Shown here: positions 32,571-41,968 of the stretch, in pieces
Numbering within the stretch: the stretch's first letter is position 1
Layout: every line of letters begins with the position of its first letter
The notes under the pieces: model-generated
The model's database searches: none
The model's input: only the letters and a program-made list of their open reading frames with translations
What the model was told of the DNA's origin: nothing
Source: an uncultured Acidobacteriota bacterium
Lineage (GTDB): Bacteria; Acidobacteriota; UBA6911
DNA length: 64,000 bases
Reading direction: 5' to 3'
Assembly (NCBI GenBank): GCA_963827655.1
Contig: CAWHCF010000025.1
Span: forward strand, 64,001-128,000
Program-made: the position numbers and the translations under genes

Positions 32571-32770
32571 TGTGGCGACGGGCTCATCTGAGCCCGTCGC
32601 AAGTATACGTGAATCCGCTATGCGCTTGAGTACTTGAAGCTTCAAGCGAGACGCTCCAAACTCGTCCGAATGCCGGACGGGCTCATCTAGCCCGTCGCAC
32701 AGTACGTAATCGGTAGGCTTTAGCCTAGACAAGTTCAGTTGTGTCCCCTCGGAAGCCGGACGGGCCTACT
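32571..32770. repeat. REP/REPIN-like cluster
   Basis: gcgacgggctcatctgagcccgtcgc; gacgggctcatctagcccgtc; gccggacgggc; inter-unit sequence aligns with 57942-58050. Confidence 0.75.
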
Positions 32771-32873
32771 CTCTTTCGGCTCTTCAGGCCTCAACGCTCC
32801 ACAATACGTTACGGTAATTGCGAACAGGCAAGGCTGGCTTGGGCGTTGAGATACCTCATTCGAGGACCACGGT

Positions 32874-35800
32874 TCAGAACTGATACTTCAGAGCAAACTG
32901 TATCAGCCGGGGATCCGACACGCTGCTGATAATCCCGGCTCCGGCGGCGCTGAGATTCAGACCGGGGCTGCCAAAGTGGGGCGTGTTGGTGAAATTGAAG
33001 GCCTCGAAGCGAAACTGCAGATAACGCCCTTCCGCGCCCATGGGGAAGTCCTTCGAGGCAAGAAAATCCAGGTTCTTCCAGCCGGGACCGTCGATCAGGT
33101 TGCGCCCTGAATTGCCGTACTCTCCGCGAGCGATCTGGTCGGCGGTAACCGGCACGACGAAACCGGTGTTGAACCAGCGGTCGATCGTACGCTCGGATTC
33201 AGGCAGATTGGGATCCCCCACGACGGAGCCGCGCGCCTTGCACACACAGTTCAGGTTGTTGAGAAGCGCCTGGTCTAAAGGCGGCCCCGAGATCATCGAA
33301 AGGATGCCGCCCAGCTGCCATCCCCCGAGAAACCAGCTCGCGGTTCCGGACTGCAGCCAGCGCCTGCCGCGCCCCCAGGGTAGTTCGTAAAGGAAGCTGA
33401 GGTTGTACGCCAGGGTCCGGTCCAGACTGCCGCGGGCGCGATCCCGGTAGAGGTCCTTTACGTACTGCGTCACCCTCCCTCCCTCACCCTGATTGAGGAT
33501 CTCGCTGCCATAGTCGATCGCATGCTGCCAGGTAAAGGAGTTGAGGAAGGTGAGTCCGTCGCTGAAGCGCTTTTCCGCCTTGAGACTCAACGCGTGATAA
33601 TTGGCGTTCAGAATGTTGTCGTACTTCGTGATCGTCTGAATGAGCGGATAACGAAGGCGAGCCGGCCAGTTGATGGTCGGGTGCGGCCCCGGGTCGGTTG
33701 TGTTCCGTCCGAGCGAAAGGTGAGAGCTCTTGCTTCCGTTATAGCCGACTGTCACAACGGTGCTCCAGGGCAGCATGTGCTGCACATCCAGGAACCACTG
33801 GCCGGTATACGAAGTGGGGAGAAACTCGGGGACCACAACCGGACGGGGCGTTCCGGGGGGATCGTTTTCAGATCGAAGACGGGCGACAGGTTGGGTAATC
33901 CTTCGCTGATCCGGTATACAGCATTGACGAAATCGGGTGTCGACACGTTGCCGCGCACGCGGGGTGGATTGTTGCCGTAAAACCGGCCGTTCTCGATCCC
34001 GAGATAGTCAACGTCACCGAAGTAGATTCCACCTCCGGCACGAATCACCGAGTTCCTGGCCAGTTGATAGGCGATCCCGAGCCGGGGAGCGAAGTTGTTC
34101 TTGTCAGTCTTGCAGGCGCAGTCGCTGTCATCTTTGGGAAAGGCCCATTCCTGGAACTGGATGTTGAGCAGGGCCGAGGTCTCATCATCGAGCCCCAGAT
34201 AGTTGGGGTCGTCTCTCAGGACGAAGCGGCTGCCGAGTGTGTCGGGACCGTCCGGATGGAACGGGCCTCGAAAGAGCTCATAACGCAGCCCCATGTTCAA
34301 TGTGAGCCTGGGTGTGATCTTCCAGTCGTCCTGGACGTAAAAGCCCCAGTATGGGTGGTTCGTGTCTTCCCCGGCCGGGCTGAGGCTGGCACCCGAGCTG
34401 GCCCACCCCAGCAGGAAGTCCGCGAAACTGTGGCCCGTCTGGGTGCGGCTTGGACCGGAATTGGGCAGCTCCGCCGTGTACTGGCCTGTGAAGCCGAAGC
34501 TGCCGCGGCTGTCGCGAGCCGAGAGTGAGTATTTGTTCAAGAACTTGTACTCTACTCCGAACTTCACGTTGTGCTTTCCGGACTGCCAGAGAACGTTGTC
34601 ACTGAATTGATGGGTGATAAGGTCGTCGTCGTTGGGCCAGCAGCAGCGCGAACCGATGGCGGAGAAGGCGCCCGGTGAGAACGTGGCGAGTCCATTGTCG
34701 TGCTGGCCGAACGCGGTTCCCACGGCGTTCTTGACCCCGAACTGAGCGTTGAGATTCTCGGTGGCGGGGATGTCGAACGCAGTGATAAACCGCGTCCAGC
34801 CGTAGCGGAATTCGTTGTGCAATCTCGGCCCCAGGATAGTGCTGTAGTTGACCGAGAGGTTATGGCCCAGCATGTCGGTTAGGTCACCCATGTTCTCATT
34901 CGCGGGCAGACTGAACGGACCTGGTTGCGAGCGCAGTTCATCTCTGAGCGAATAACGGACAAAGAATCGGTTGGATTGGTTCAGGTTGTGGTCCACGCGG
35001 AAGTCGTACTGATCGAAGTCGCTCGCCAGCCCCGGGGAAGAGAAGTAGTTGTTGGGCAGGTTCTCCCGGCCCGCGATGTTCGGCAGGGGATAAAGATCGA
35101 TGATCCGCCGGGCGAGCGGATCGATCCGGTTGGCCGGGATCCGGTTGCCCGGGAAAGGCTGCCGGACCGCGGCGGCGCCACTCCCGGAGATCGTGAGGGG
35201 ATCGTAAATGGTCACGTTTCTCCCGGCGCCTCCGGGCTCCTGCGAGAAGTCCCCCTGGCGCACGGCCGCGCTTGGAACGGTCGTGGTATTGGAAAACCCC
35301 TCGCGAATGCGCGTGCCTTGAAAGCTCGCAAAGAAGAAGGTCCTGTCGCGCGCAATCGGGCCGCCCACCGTGGCGCCGTACTGGTTTCGGATGTAGTTCG
35401 GCGACTTGGTGCCGGTCTCTCCGGGCCGGGCATTACGGTTGAAAAAGAAGTCGTTCGCCGAACAGGCGCTGTTGCGGTGGAACGCGAAGATCGAGCCGTG
35501 GAAGCCGTTGGTGCCCGACTTGGTCGAGACAACGACGCTGGCGCCCTGACGGAATCCAAACTCGGCCGACGTGTTGTTGGTGAGCACCTTGAATTCCGAG
35601 AGAGCCTCGACGTTAGGCACTACCGCCTGAGCCTGGAAGCCGAGTGGGCCGCGGCTGGTCTTGGAGGTGATGTCGGAACCGTCGAGCAGCAGATTGTTCT
35701 GCGCGACGTGCTGGCCGGCGCTGCGAAACCCGCCTTCCTCCGCCGTCCGATGGCCGCGCCCGGCCTGGCTGGAAGGTACTACACCGGCGCTGAGCTGGGC

Positions 35801-36313
35801 CAGCTCAAGGTAGTTGCGGCCGTTCAGGGGAAGCTCTCGAATGCGTTTTTCGTCGATAACCTGTCCCACGTCCTGAGCCTTCGACTGTACCAGCTCGGCC
35901 TCGGCCGATACTTGAACCACGTCCGACATCTCGCCCAGCTGGAGTTGAAAGTTGACCCGGGCCACCTGCGCGACCTGCACACGGATCTCGGCCTGTTGCG
36001 AGGAGAACCCGCTCCCACGGCACGTGACCCTGTAGCGGCCCTCCTTCAGCAACGGCACCGTGTAGAGTCCCGCATCGTTGGAGATCACGGTCCTCACCAC
36101 GCCGGTGTCCAGGTTCGTGACGCTGACTTCGGCACTTGGAACTACCGCTCCCGACTGGTCCTTGACCACGCCTTCGATCGAGGCTTCCTGCCCCCATACT
36201 ATTCCCGGTCCGAACAGGCAGCCGAGCATGAAGGAAACCCTGACAATCCATTGCAGCGCATGGGCTCCCGGCCACTGCCTCCCCGGGATCCGAACTTGCT
36301 CAAAAATGTTCAT
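32874..36313 (-). CDS. TonB-dependent receptor (Oar-like), frameshift near 33840
   Basis: GVVKDQSGA, LPLNGRNY, TKSGTNGFHG, VQDDWK, terminal PRLIQFALKYQF. Confidence 0.9.
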
Positions 36314-36448
36314 TGTGTCCTCCTCGTTGTGGGAAGGCTGGTCGGGCTTACGCCTAAGCACCGGCGTGCCGGCGAATCCTCAGGTTGCCCGAACCGTCCA
36401 ACGGTGCTGCTGGGGCAATTACCTGAGTCGAGTCCAGACATACAGTAA

Positions 36449-36503
36449 TTAGTTTATTGAAAGAACTAACCTGACCGTACCAAAAGGTACTCGCGGTTGT
36501 CAA
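36449..36503 (-). promoter_or_regulatory. Promoter with ROK-like operator for the TonB receptor
   Basis: Minus-strand TTGACA (36503-36498), 18 bp, TACGGT; palindrome TTAGTT-N9-AACTAA at 36449-36469. Confidence 0.55.
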
Positions 36504-36950
36504 GTTTCTCACCAAGCCCGATGGGGCGCGACTTTACATCGACGGATGACTGCGAAGCAAGCGTTGCGGCGCCGACGCGTCTGTGGCAAGAGACCTGGCC
36601 GGCAGAATCGTCGGCCCCTACCCCAGAATTCGCTTGACCCTCTGACGGCTTCGCACTAAAAACACGGCATAAGCTTCGTAAGGACGCGTTCGTCTCCCCT
36701 GGTCCTGCAGTGGATTAGCAGGAAAATACGCCGACGCGCGCCTCTTCGTGGCGCCGTACCAGGAGAACACCGTGATGCCTTCCGGCGACGTCAGCCATCC
36801 TGCCGATCTTGATCTCCTCCCGGGCGAGCCGGCATTGGCGAAGGGGGAGGGGGAACCGCCCTCGGCTCAAGCGCCGTCTGACGAGTACCAGATAGCGAGG
36901 GGCGGCCTCTTTTCGCGCGCAGTGAACAAGCTGTAGTTCTCACCCGGCGA

Positions 36951-38423
36951 GTGCGGCACGACTTCTCCGAGAGCAGGACACGCTGGCCCGTTTCTCCGCG
37001 GATCCTTTACGCCTGGGCCTCCCCGTCGGGCATGGAAGTGCCATTCCAGGAGCACGAGCGTGCCTTGCTCGCCGCCCTGGAGCCCTGGATTCCGGCACAG
37101 AAAGGGAGCGGGAGCGTGCCCGACCCGGGCGGCGTGATGACGACGCTGCCCGAGGTAAGCCTTCCCGCGCTCGCGAGGGCGTGCCAGGCTGCGGTCGACG
37201 AGGGGAAGCCGTACACCCATGTGCATGTGCTGGCGCACGGTTATCCGATTGGACGTGCACATAAAGCGCGATTCGGCATGGCGCTGCACGCGGAGAATGA
37301 GGACCTGCAGGCAGTGACACCAGAGGAACTCGAGAAAGCCCTCGCTCCCCTTGTTGGTCACGCGGTCGTGGTGACGCTGGCGACCTGCGACGCGGCCAGC
37401 TCGACCAATACCGCAACGTCGAAGCGCAGCATTGCCCACAACCTCCATATACTGGGATTCCCGATTGTGGTGGCCTCGCAGCTTCCCTTCACAAAGCCAG
37501 GGTCCACCCTGACGATCGAGACCTTCTACAAGGCACAGCTGGCAGGCGAGGACGTGAGGCTGGCGTTGCATCAGGCGCGTGTCGCCTTGTACCAGAGCCA
37601 GTCGAAGACCGGTCATGACTGGGCCAGCCTTGTCGGATACGTGCAGTTGCCCGAAGGCTATGCCGACCACCTGCGAGACGTCAGGCTCCAATCCGTACTG
37701 GCCTCGCTGAAGACGATGCAGGGGTGGTCTGACAAGCTCGTGGAGGAAGGCAACAAGGATTCAGCACTCTTCGATCGTGTGGCGCAGCAGTTGCAAGAAC
37801 GCATTGTGGCGCTCGACCGCTTCCGGAAAGACGCTGAGAACATCGGCCGGCCCGGCGTACTCGGAGAGAATTTGGGCCTCCTGGGAAGCGCCGAAAAGCG
37901 CCTGGCCGAGCTTTGCTTCGTACGCAGCAAGCTGGGCGAAGCCGCTCGCTGGCAACAGTCCATGAGGGAGGCTCTGCAACGCTCGCGCGACTGGTACCGG
38001 AAATGCGCCCTAAAAAACCTCTCGCACCACTGGACCGGGGTCCAGTATCTGTCGCTCGAGGCCATACTCGACGGCAGGATAGCGAATCCGGGCCGGTGGT
38101 ACGCCGGCGTTGAAGCCGCAAACCTGGACAGGGAAAACGGGACGCCGATCGATGGCATCTGGGCACTTGGGTCGCTGGCCGAGCTCTACCTGCTCGCGCC
38201 CCTGGCCGGTCAGACTTTACCTGCCGGCTCGGCAAAGAAGGCCCTGGTGGAGATGAAGGCGCGAGTAGTGGCGGAAGCCGGCGGCGACACGTTTCCCCTC
38301 GAGTCGACCGAACGCCAACTCCGCCGCTACGTCGACTGGTGGACCACAGCGAATGGCTTCTTTCCCGGCACGTCGGATCTCGCTGCCGAGGCGGGGAACC
38401 TGTTGCAGGAGCTCCGGCGGTAG
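36951..38423 (+). CDS. CHAT-domain (caspase-like) protease with TPR-like C-terminal region; probably 5'-truncated
   Basis: PRILYAWASP; HVHVLAHG (His 37236) and VVTLATCD (Cys 37386) dyad; GFPIVVASQLP, ALHQARVAL, HDWASL; frame is open from 36882 with no clear RBS. Confidence 0.8.
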   Translation: MRHDFSESRTRWPVSPRILYAWASPSGMEVPFQEHERALLAALEPWIPAQKGSGSVPDPGGVMTTLPEVSLPALARACQAAVDEGKPYTHVHVLAHGYPIGRAHKARFGMALHAENEDLQAVTPEELEKALAPLVGHAVVVTLATCDAASSTNTATSKRSIAHNLHILGFPIVVASQLPFTKPGSTLTIETFYKAQLAGEDVRLALHQARVALYQSQSKTGHDWASLVGYVQLPEGYADHLRDVRLQSVLASLKTMQGWSDKLVEEGNKDSALFDRVAQQLQERIVALDRFRKDAENIGRPGVLGENLGLLGSAEKRLAELCFVRSKLGEAARWQQSMREALQRSRDWYRKCALKNLSHHWTGVQYLSLEAILDGRIANPGRWYAGVEAANLDRENGTPIDGIWALGSLAELYLLAPLAGQTLPAGSAKKALVEMKARVVAEAGGDTFPLESTERQLRRYVDWWTTANGFFPGTSDLAAEAGNLLQELRR

Positions 38424-38436
38424 ATTAGATTCTTTG

Positions 38437-38536
38437 TCCGTGACCCCTTTGCATTTTGCGAAGAAATTTTGGCTGACTGCTGAAAGCTGAAGGCTGAAAG
38501 CGCGCGGCGTCCATCTCATTGCGGCCTCAGCCGCGC
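38437..38536 (+). repeat. Dispersed heptamer-containing element (copy 2)
   Basis: Aligns with 28423-28536: gctgact gctgaaa gctgaag gctgaaa gcgcgcggc..gcggcctcagccgcgc. Confidence 0.75.
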
Positions 38537-38649
38537 CAGGAGTAACGAGAACATGCCCGTCGTGACCTGTTGAACAGGCGGTCGACGGACGTGGAACAGG
38601 GCTCCACGCTGCTCTCCGCGTGGCCGGTCCTAAATTGCCGGAGACACAG

Positions 38650-39717
38650 ATGGCCGACTCCCGCGTTTACAAATTCGGTGACTCGCAGCTCACGCTGGCT
38701 TTCGGCGATATCACGACGTCGGAGGCTCAGGTTCTCGTCAGCTCCGACGATTCCTACCTGACCATGAGCGGCGGCGTCTCGGCCGCCATTCGACGCGCGG
38801 GCGGAAACGCTATTGCCCTGGATGCGGCCAAGAAAGTGCCGGTCCCTCTCGGCAATGTGGCGGTGACGACTGCCGGCACCTTGCCGGCCCACCACATTTT
38901 TCACGCAGCCACGATCGGCCCCTCACCCACCCCGATGCCCCCAACCGAGATTCTGGGGAATGCGACGCGGCGGTCCATGGAGTTGCTCGACGCGTTGCAG
39001 CTGAGCTCGATTGCGTTTCCTGCGCTCGGTGCCGGAACCGCGAAGTTCAGCTACGAAGAAGTCGCCGCGCGGATGGCCGACGTCATCGCCGACGCCCTGC
39101 TCAACCGGAAGCGGCCCGTCGACGTCACCATATATCTGTTTGATGACTCGGGTCGCAAGCAGCCCTTTGACTACATCCGGTTCTTCGAAGAGTTCGCCGC
39201 GCGCGTCCCGCGAATCGCGGCCCATGAAGCTCCCGTCCAGCCCTCAACAATCGCGGCCGACGCGGCTGGCGAGCATGTGTTCATCAGTTACAGCCACCAG
39301 GACAAAGCCTGGTTGAAGCGGCTGCAGGACATGCTGCAACCGCTGCTGCGCAAGAACAGCATCGCTCTCTGGAGCGACACCGGGATCAAGCCTGGGTCGC
39401 AGTGGAAAGATGAAATCGAACGCGCGCTGGCAACAGCAAAGGTGGCCGTACTCCTCGTGAGCCCCGGGTTTCTGGCGTCGGACTTCATCGCGCAGCACGA
39501 GCTTCCGCCGCTCCTCGACAAAGCAAAACAGCTGGGCGTCCGCATCCTCTGGGTCTACGTGAGCGCCTGCTTGTACAAGGAAACGGAAATCGCAGCCTAC
39601 CAGGCGGCGCACGATATCGCACACCCGCTGGATAAACTGCGGACGGCCAAACGCAACGAGGTGCTGGTACAGGTCTGCCAGCAGATCAAGGCCGCGGTGA
39701 ATCCGCAGGAGCCGTAG
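38650..39717 (+). CDS. Macro domain-TIR domain fusion protein
   Basis: Macro: GDIT, VSSDD..MSGGVSAAI, SIAFPALGAG; TIR: VFISYSHQD, LWSDT.IKPG..W..EI, LLVSPGFLASDFI..HELP; GGAG RBS before ATG 38650. Confidence 0.9.
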   Translation: MADSRVYKFGDSQLTLAFGDITTSEAQVLVSSDDSYLTMSGGVSAAIRRAGGNAIALDAAKKVPVPLGNVAVTTAGTLPAHHIFHAATIGPSPTPMPPTEILGNATRRSMELLDALQLSSIAFPALGAGTAKFSYEEVAARMADVIADALLNRKRPVDVTIYLFDDSGRKQPFDYIRFFEEFAARVPRIAAHEAPVQPSTIAADAAGEHVFISYSHQDKAWLKRLQDMLQPLLRKNSIALWSDTGIKPGSQWKDEIERALATAKVAVLLVSPGFLASDFIAQHELPPLLDKAKQLGVRILWVYVSACLYKETEIAAYQAAHDIAHPLDKLRTAKRNEVLVQVCQQIKAAVNPQEP

Positions 39718-39769
39718 TGCAGTCTTTGCCGGGCATCCAACCTGATCAGCGGCAGAATAGCAGGATGTT

Positions 39770-39798
39770 CGAATGTGAACCTGTTTCTGCGCGAACTC
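39770..39798. mobile_element. Solo terminal repeat of the 152-bp MITE
   Basis: gaatgtgaacctgtttctgcgcgaactc directly followed by tca (stop codon of the cyclase gene). Confidence 0.6.
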
Positions 39799-40749
39799 TC
39801 AGCGTATGGCGACCGGCGCCACCGTGGAACCCGTACCCCCTCTGATTTTCAGGGGCTGAACCACAAATGCGAACTCGTAGATGCGCCTGGCCGCAAGATC
39901 GTCGAGTTTGAGATTCTCGAGCAGAAAGATTCCGTTCACGACCAATGCGATCTGGTGGACCGGGAGGTTCAGGTTCTTGTCGGGGTTGGGTGAGATCTCC
40001 ACGGGAGAAGTGTCGGCCCCGATCAGCATCACGTCCTGCCTGGCCAGCCACTCGGCCGCGGCTACGCCGATGCCCGGCGAGCTGGCGGCATATTTCGCGT
40101 TGTCGGCACCCCAAAGCTTTCCCCAACCGGAGTGCAGCAGCAAGGCATCACCGGCTTGAATCTTGACGCCCTGCCGCGCCAGGGCCGCCTGGATCTCCTC
40201 GACGCCGATCTCGTGGTCGGCGGGCAGCATCTCGACGCCCTTCAGGCCCGCGACGTCCACAAGCACGCCGCGCGTGAACAGCATGCCGATCTTCTCGACG
40301 CCGAGTTTGCTGAAGCCGTTCCGCGTGCCCACGTCGTCGATCCTCACGCAGTTGTAGAGCAGGCCGTCGATGCCTTGATGGGAGAACATGTCGAATTGAG
40401 TACCCACCTGGCCCAGCTCTGTGACCATCAGTTCTTCGTTGCTATAGCGCTTGTTCGCGCCCAATGGCCCGTTCGTTCGCTTGGTATGGAGATCGAAGCG
40501 CCGCCCGACGCCGAGCGGCATGTCGGACGAAAGCACGCGGCCCAGCTCGATCACTTCACCGGTCCGGATGAGTCGTGACGCGCGCAGCACTGTCTCCGGC
40601 TTCATATGATTAGCTGCCCCGCGCTCGTCGCCGGCGCCCCATTTGGTCGGACACCGCTGCTGCGAAGCAGGTGGTTGCCAGGATTGGGCAAGCGCGCCTG
40701 CGGAGCAGGCGAGCAATAAGACATTGAATACTGATGTCACGGTTCGCAT
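39799..40749 (-). CDS. Cyclase family (kynurenine formamidase-like) hydrolase, secreted
   Basis: WGAGDERGAAN, GTQFD..H, RGVLVD, GDALLLHSGW, GAD, H...LENL, GGTGS; signal peptide from ATG 40749. Confidence 0.85.
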   Translation of the reverse strand: MRTVTSVFNVLLLACSAGALAQSWQPPASQQRCPTKWGAGDERGAANHMKPETVLRASRLIRTGEVIELGRVLSSDMPLGVGRRFDLHTKRTNGPLGANKRYSNEELMVTELGQVGTQFDMFSHQGIDGLLYNCVRIDDVGTRNGFSKLGVEKIGMLFTRGVLVDVAGLKGVEMLPADHEIGVEEIQAALARQGVKIQAGDALLLHSGWGKLWGADNAKYAASSPGIGVAAAEWLARQDVMLIGADTSPVEISPNPDKNLNLPVHQIALVVNGIFLLENLKLDDLAARRIYEFAFVVQPLKIRGGTGSTVAPVAIR

Positions 40750-40812
40750 AGTCTCCTCCCTCTGAGCGTGAGATGGTATGCCGGGCGGGCCAGCGACTTC
40801 AATAATCGAGGG

Positions 40813-40836
40813 GAAAATGGGGACGTCCCCATTTTC
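40813..40836. repeat. Perfect 24-bp palindrome between divergent genes
   Basis: GAAAATGGGGACGTCCCCATTTTC. Confidence 0.7.
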
Positions 40837-40912
40837 GAAAGAGTTGAGCGCGGCGCGATCCGGCATTAAAGTGGGGTGTCGACATGCCATGCGAAACTTC
40901 TCGGAGGTTCCC

Positions 40913-41914
40913 GTGAAAAAGGTAATAGCGATATTCGTTTTGACGACGGGTTTGCTATCAGCGCAGACCCCTCAAGGCTGGGTGAAGGGGAAGGGCTGGG
41001 GCTGGACATGGGGTAAGGAAGACGAAGTAGGAGCGCTTAATGCGGTCAAGAGTCCCGCCGCGGTGCTGCGCGCCCTGCGCCAGGTGAAAACCGGCAAGGT
41101 TTATGATCTTGGGGTCCGTGTCGATCAGACCTCTTACAAGTGGCCGGGCCATTCGCCCACCCAGATAATGTCCTATCGCAGCCCGGAGGGTGTGAAACGG
41201 GGGAAGGATATTGAGTCTTTTGCCCAAAGCAAGAAGCAAATTGCCTTTCATAGCTGCGCCCTGTTCATCTCCGACAATGTTGGAACCCAGATTGACGGGC
41301 TTGGACACATCACCACCGGGGCCGACAATCACTGGTACAACGGCTTTCGGGAGCAGGATTACGGCGGCGACTTCGGCATCGGCAAGGCCGACGCCGACAC
41401 GATACCGCCGGTGATTGCCCGCGGCGTAATGATTGACGTGAGTGCCTGGAAGGGAGTCGAGGCTCTCCCCTCCAACTTCGCCATCGGACCGAAGGAACTC
41501 CAGGGAGCGCTTGCCGCGCAGAAAGTTGACGTCGAGCCCGGCGACGTCGTCCTGATTCGCACCGGCACGCTGCGCTACTGGGGCAATACCGGGGCCGATC
41601 ATGCGAAAATTGCGCAGCACGACTCAGCCGGCATCACGCTGGAGGGCGCAAAGTGGCTGGTGCAAGAAAAGGGAGCCGTCCTGATCGGGGCCGACACCAG
41701 CGGGCTCGAGGTCGGCCAGGACCCCGCGCTGCCCGGCGCAGCGATTCCGGTGCACGAGTACCTCCTGATCGAACAGGGCGTCCACGTCGGCGAGTTTCAT
41801 TATCTCGAGGATCTGTCGCGAGACAAGGTTTACCGCTTCACCTACGTTGTTGCGACCAACCGGCTGAAGGGAGCGGTCGCGGGAACGGCCTTGCGCCCGC
41901 TCGCGATCGAGTGA
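40913..41914 (+). CDS. Cyclase family hydrolase, secreted (paralog)
   Basis: WGKEDEVGALN, GTQIDGLGH, RGVMID, GDVVLIRTG, VHEYLL..GE; GGAGG RBS before GTG 40913. Confidence 0.85.
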   Translation: MKKVIAIFVLTTGLLSAQTPQGWVKGKGWGWTWGKEDEVGALNAVKSPAAVLRALRQVKTGKVYDLGVRVDQTSYKWPGHSPTQIMSYRSPEGVKRGKDIESFAQSKKQIAFHSCALFISDNVGTQIDGLGHITTGADNHWYNGFREQDYGGDFGIGKADADTIPPVIARGVMIDVSAWKGVEALPSNFAIGPKELQGALAAQKVDVEPGDVVLIRTGTLRYWGNTGADHAKIAQHDSAGITLEGAKWLVQEKGAVLIGADTSGLEVGQDPALPGAAIPVHEYLLIEQGVHVGEFHYLEDLSRDKVYRFTYVVATNRLKGAVAGTALRPLAIE

Positions 41915-41968
41915 AGCTGGATCGATCGTCTCTGACGCGCGCCTTCTGACTTCAATCGGGGACGGTTC

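Noticed and set aside
36748-36936. 62-aa ORF as a CHAT substrate or small peptide partner
   Set aside because: No RBS or recognisable motif, and it overlaps the open CHAT frame; cannot be supported
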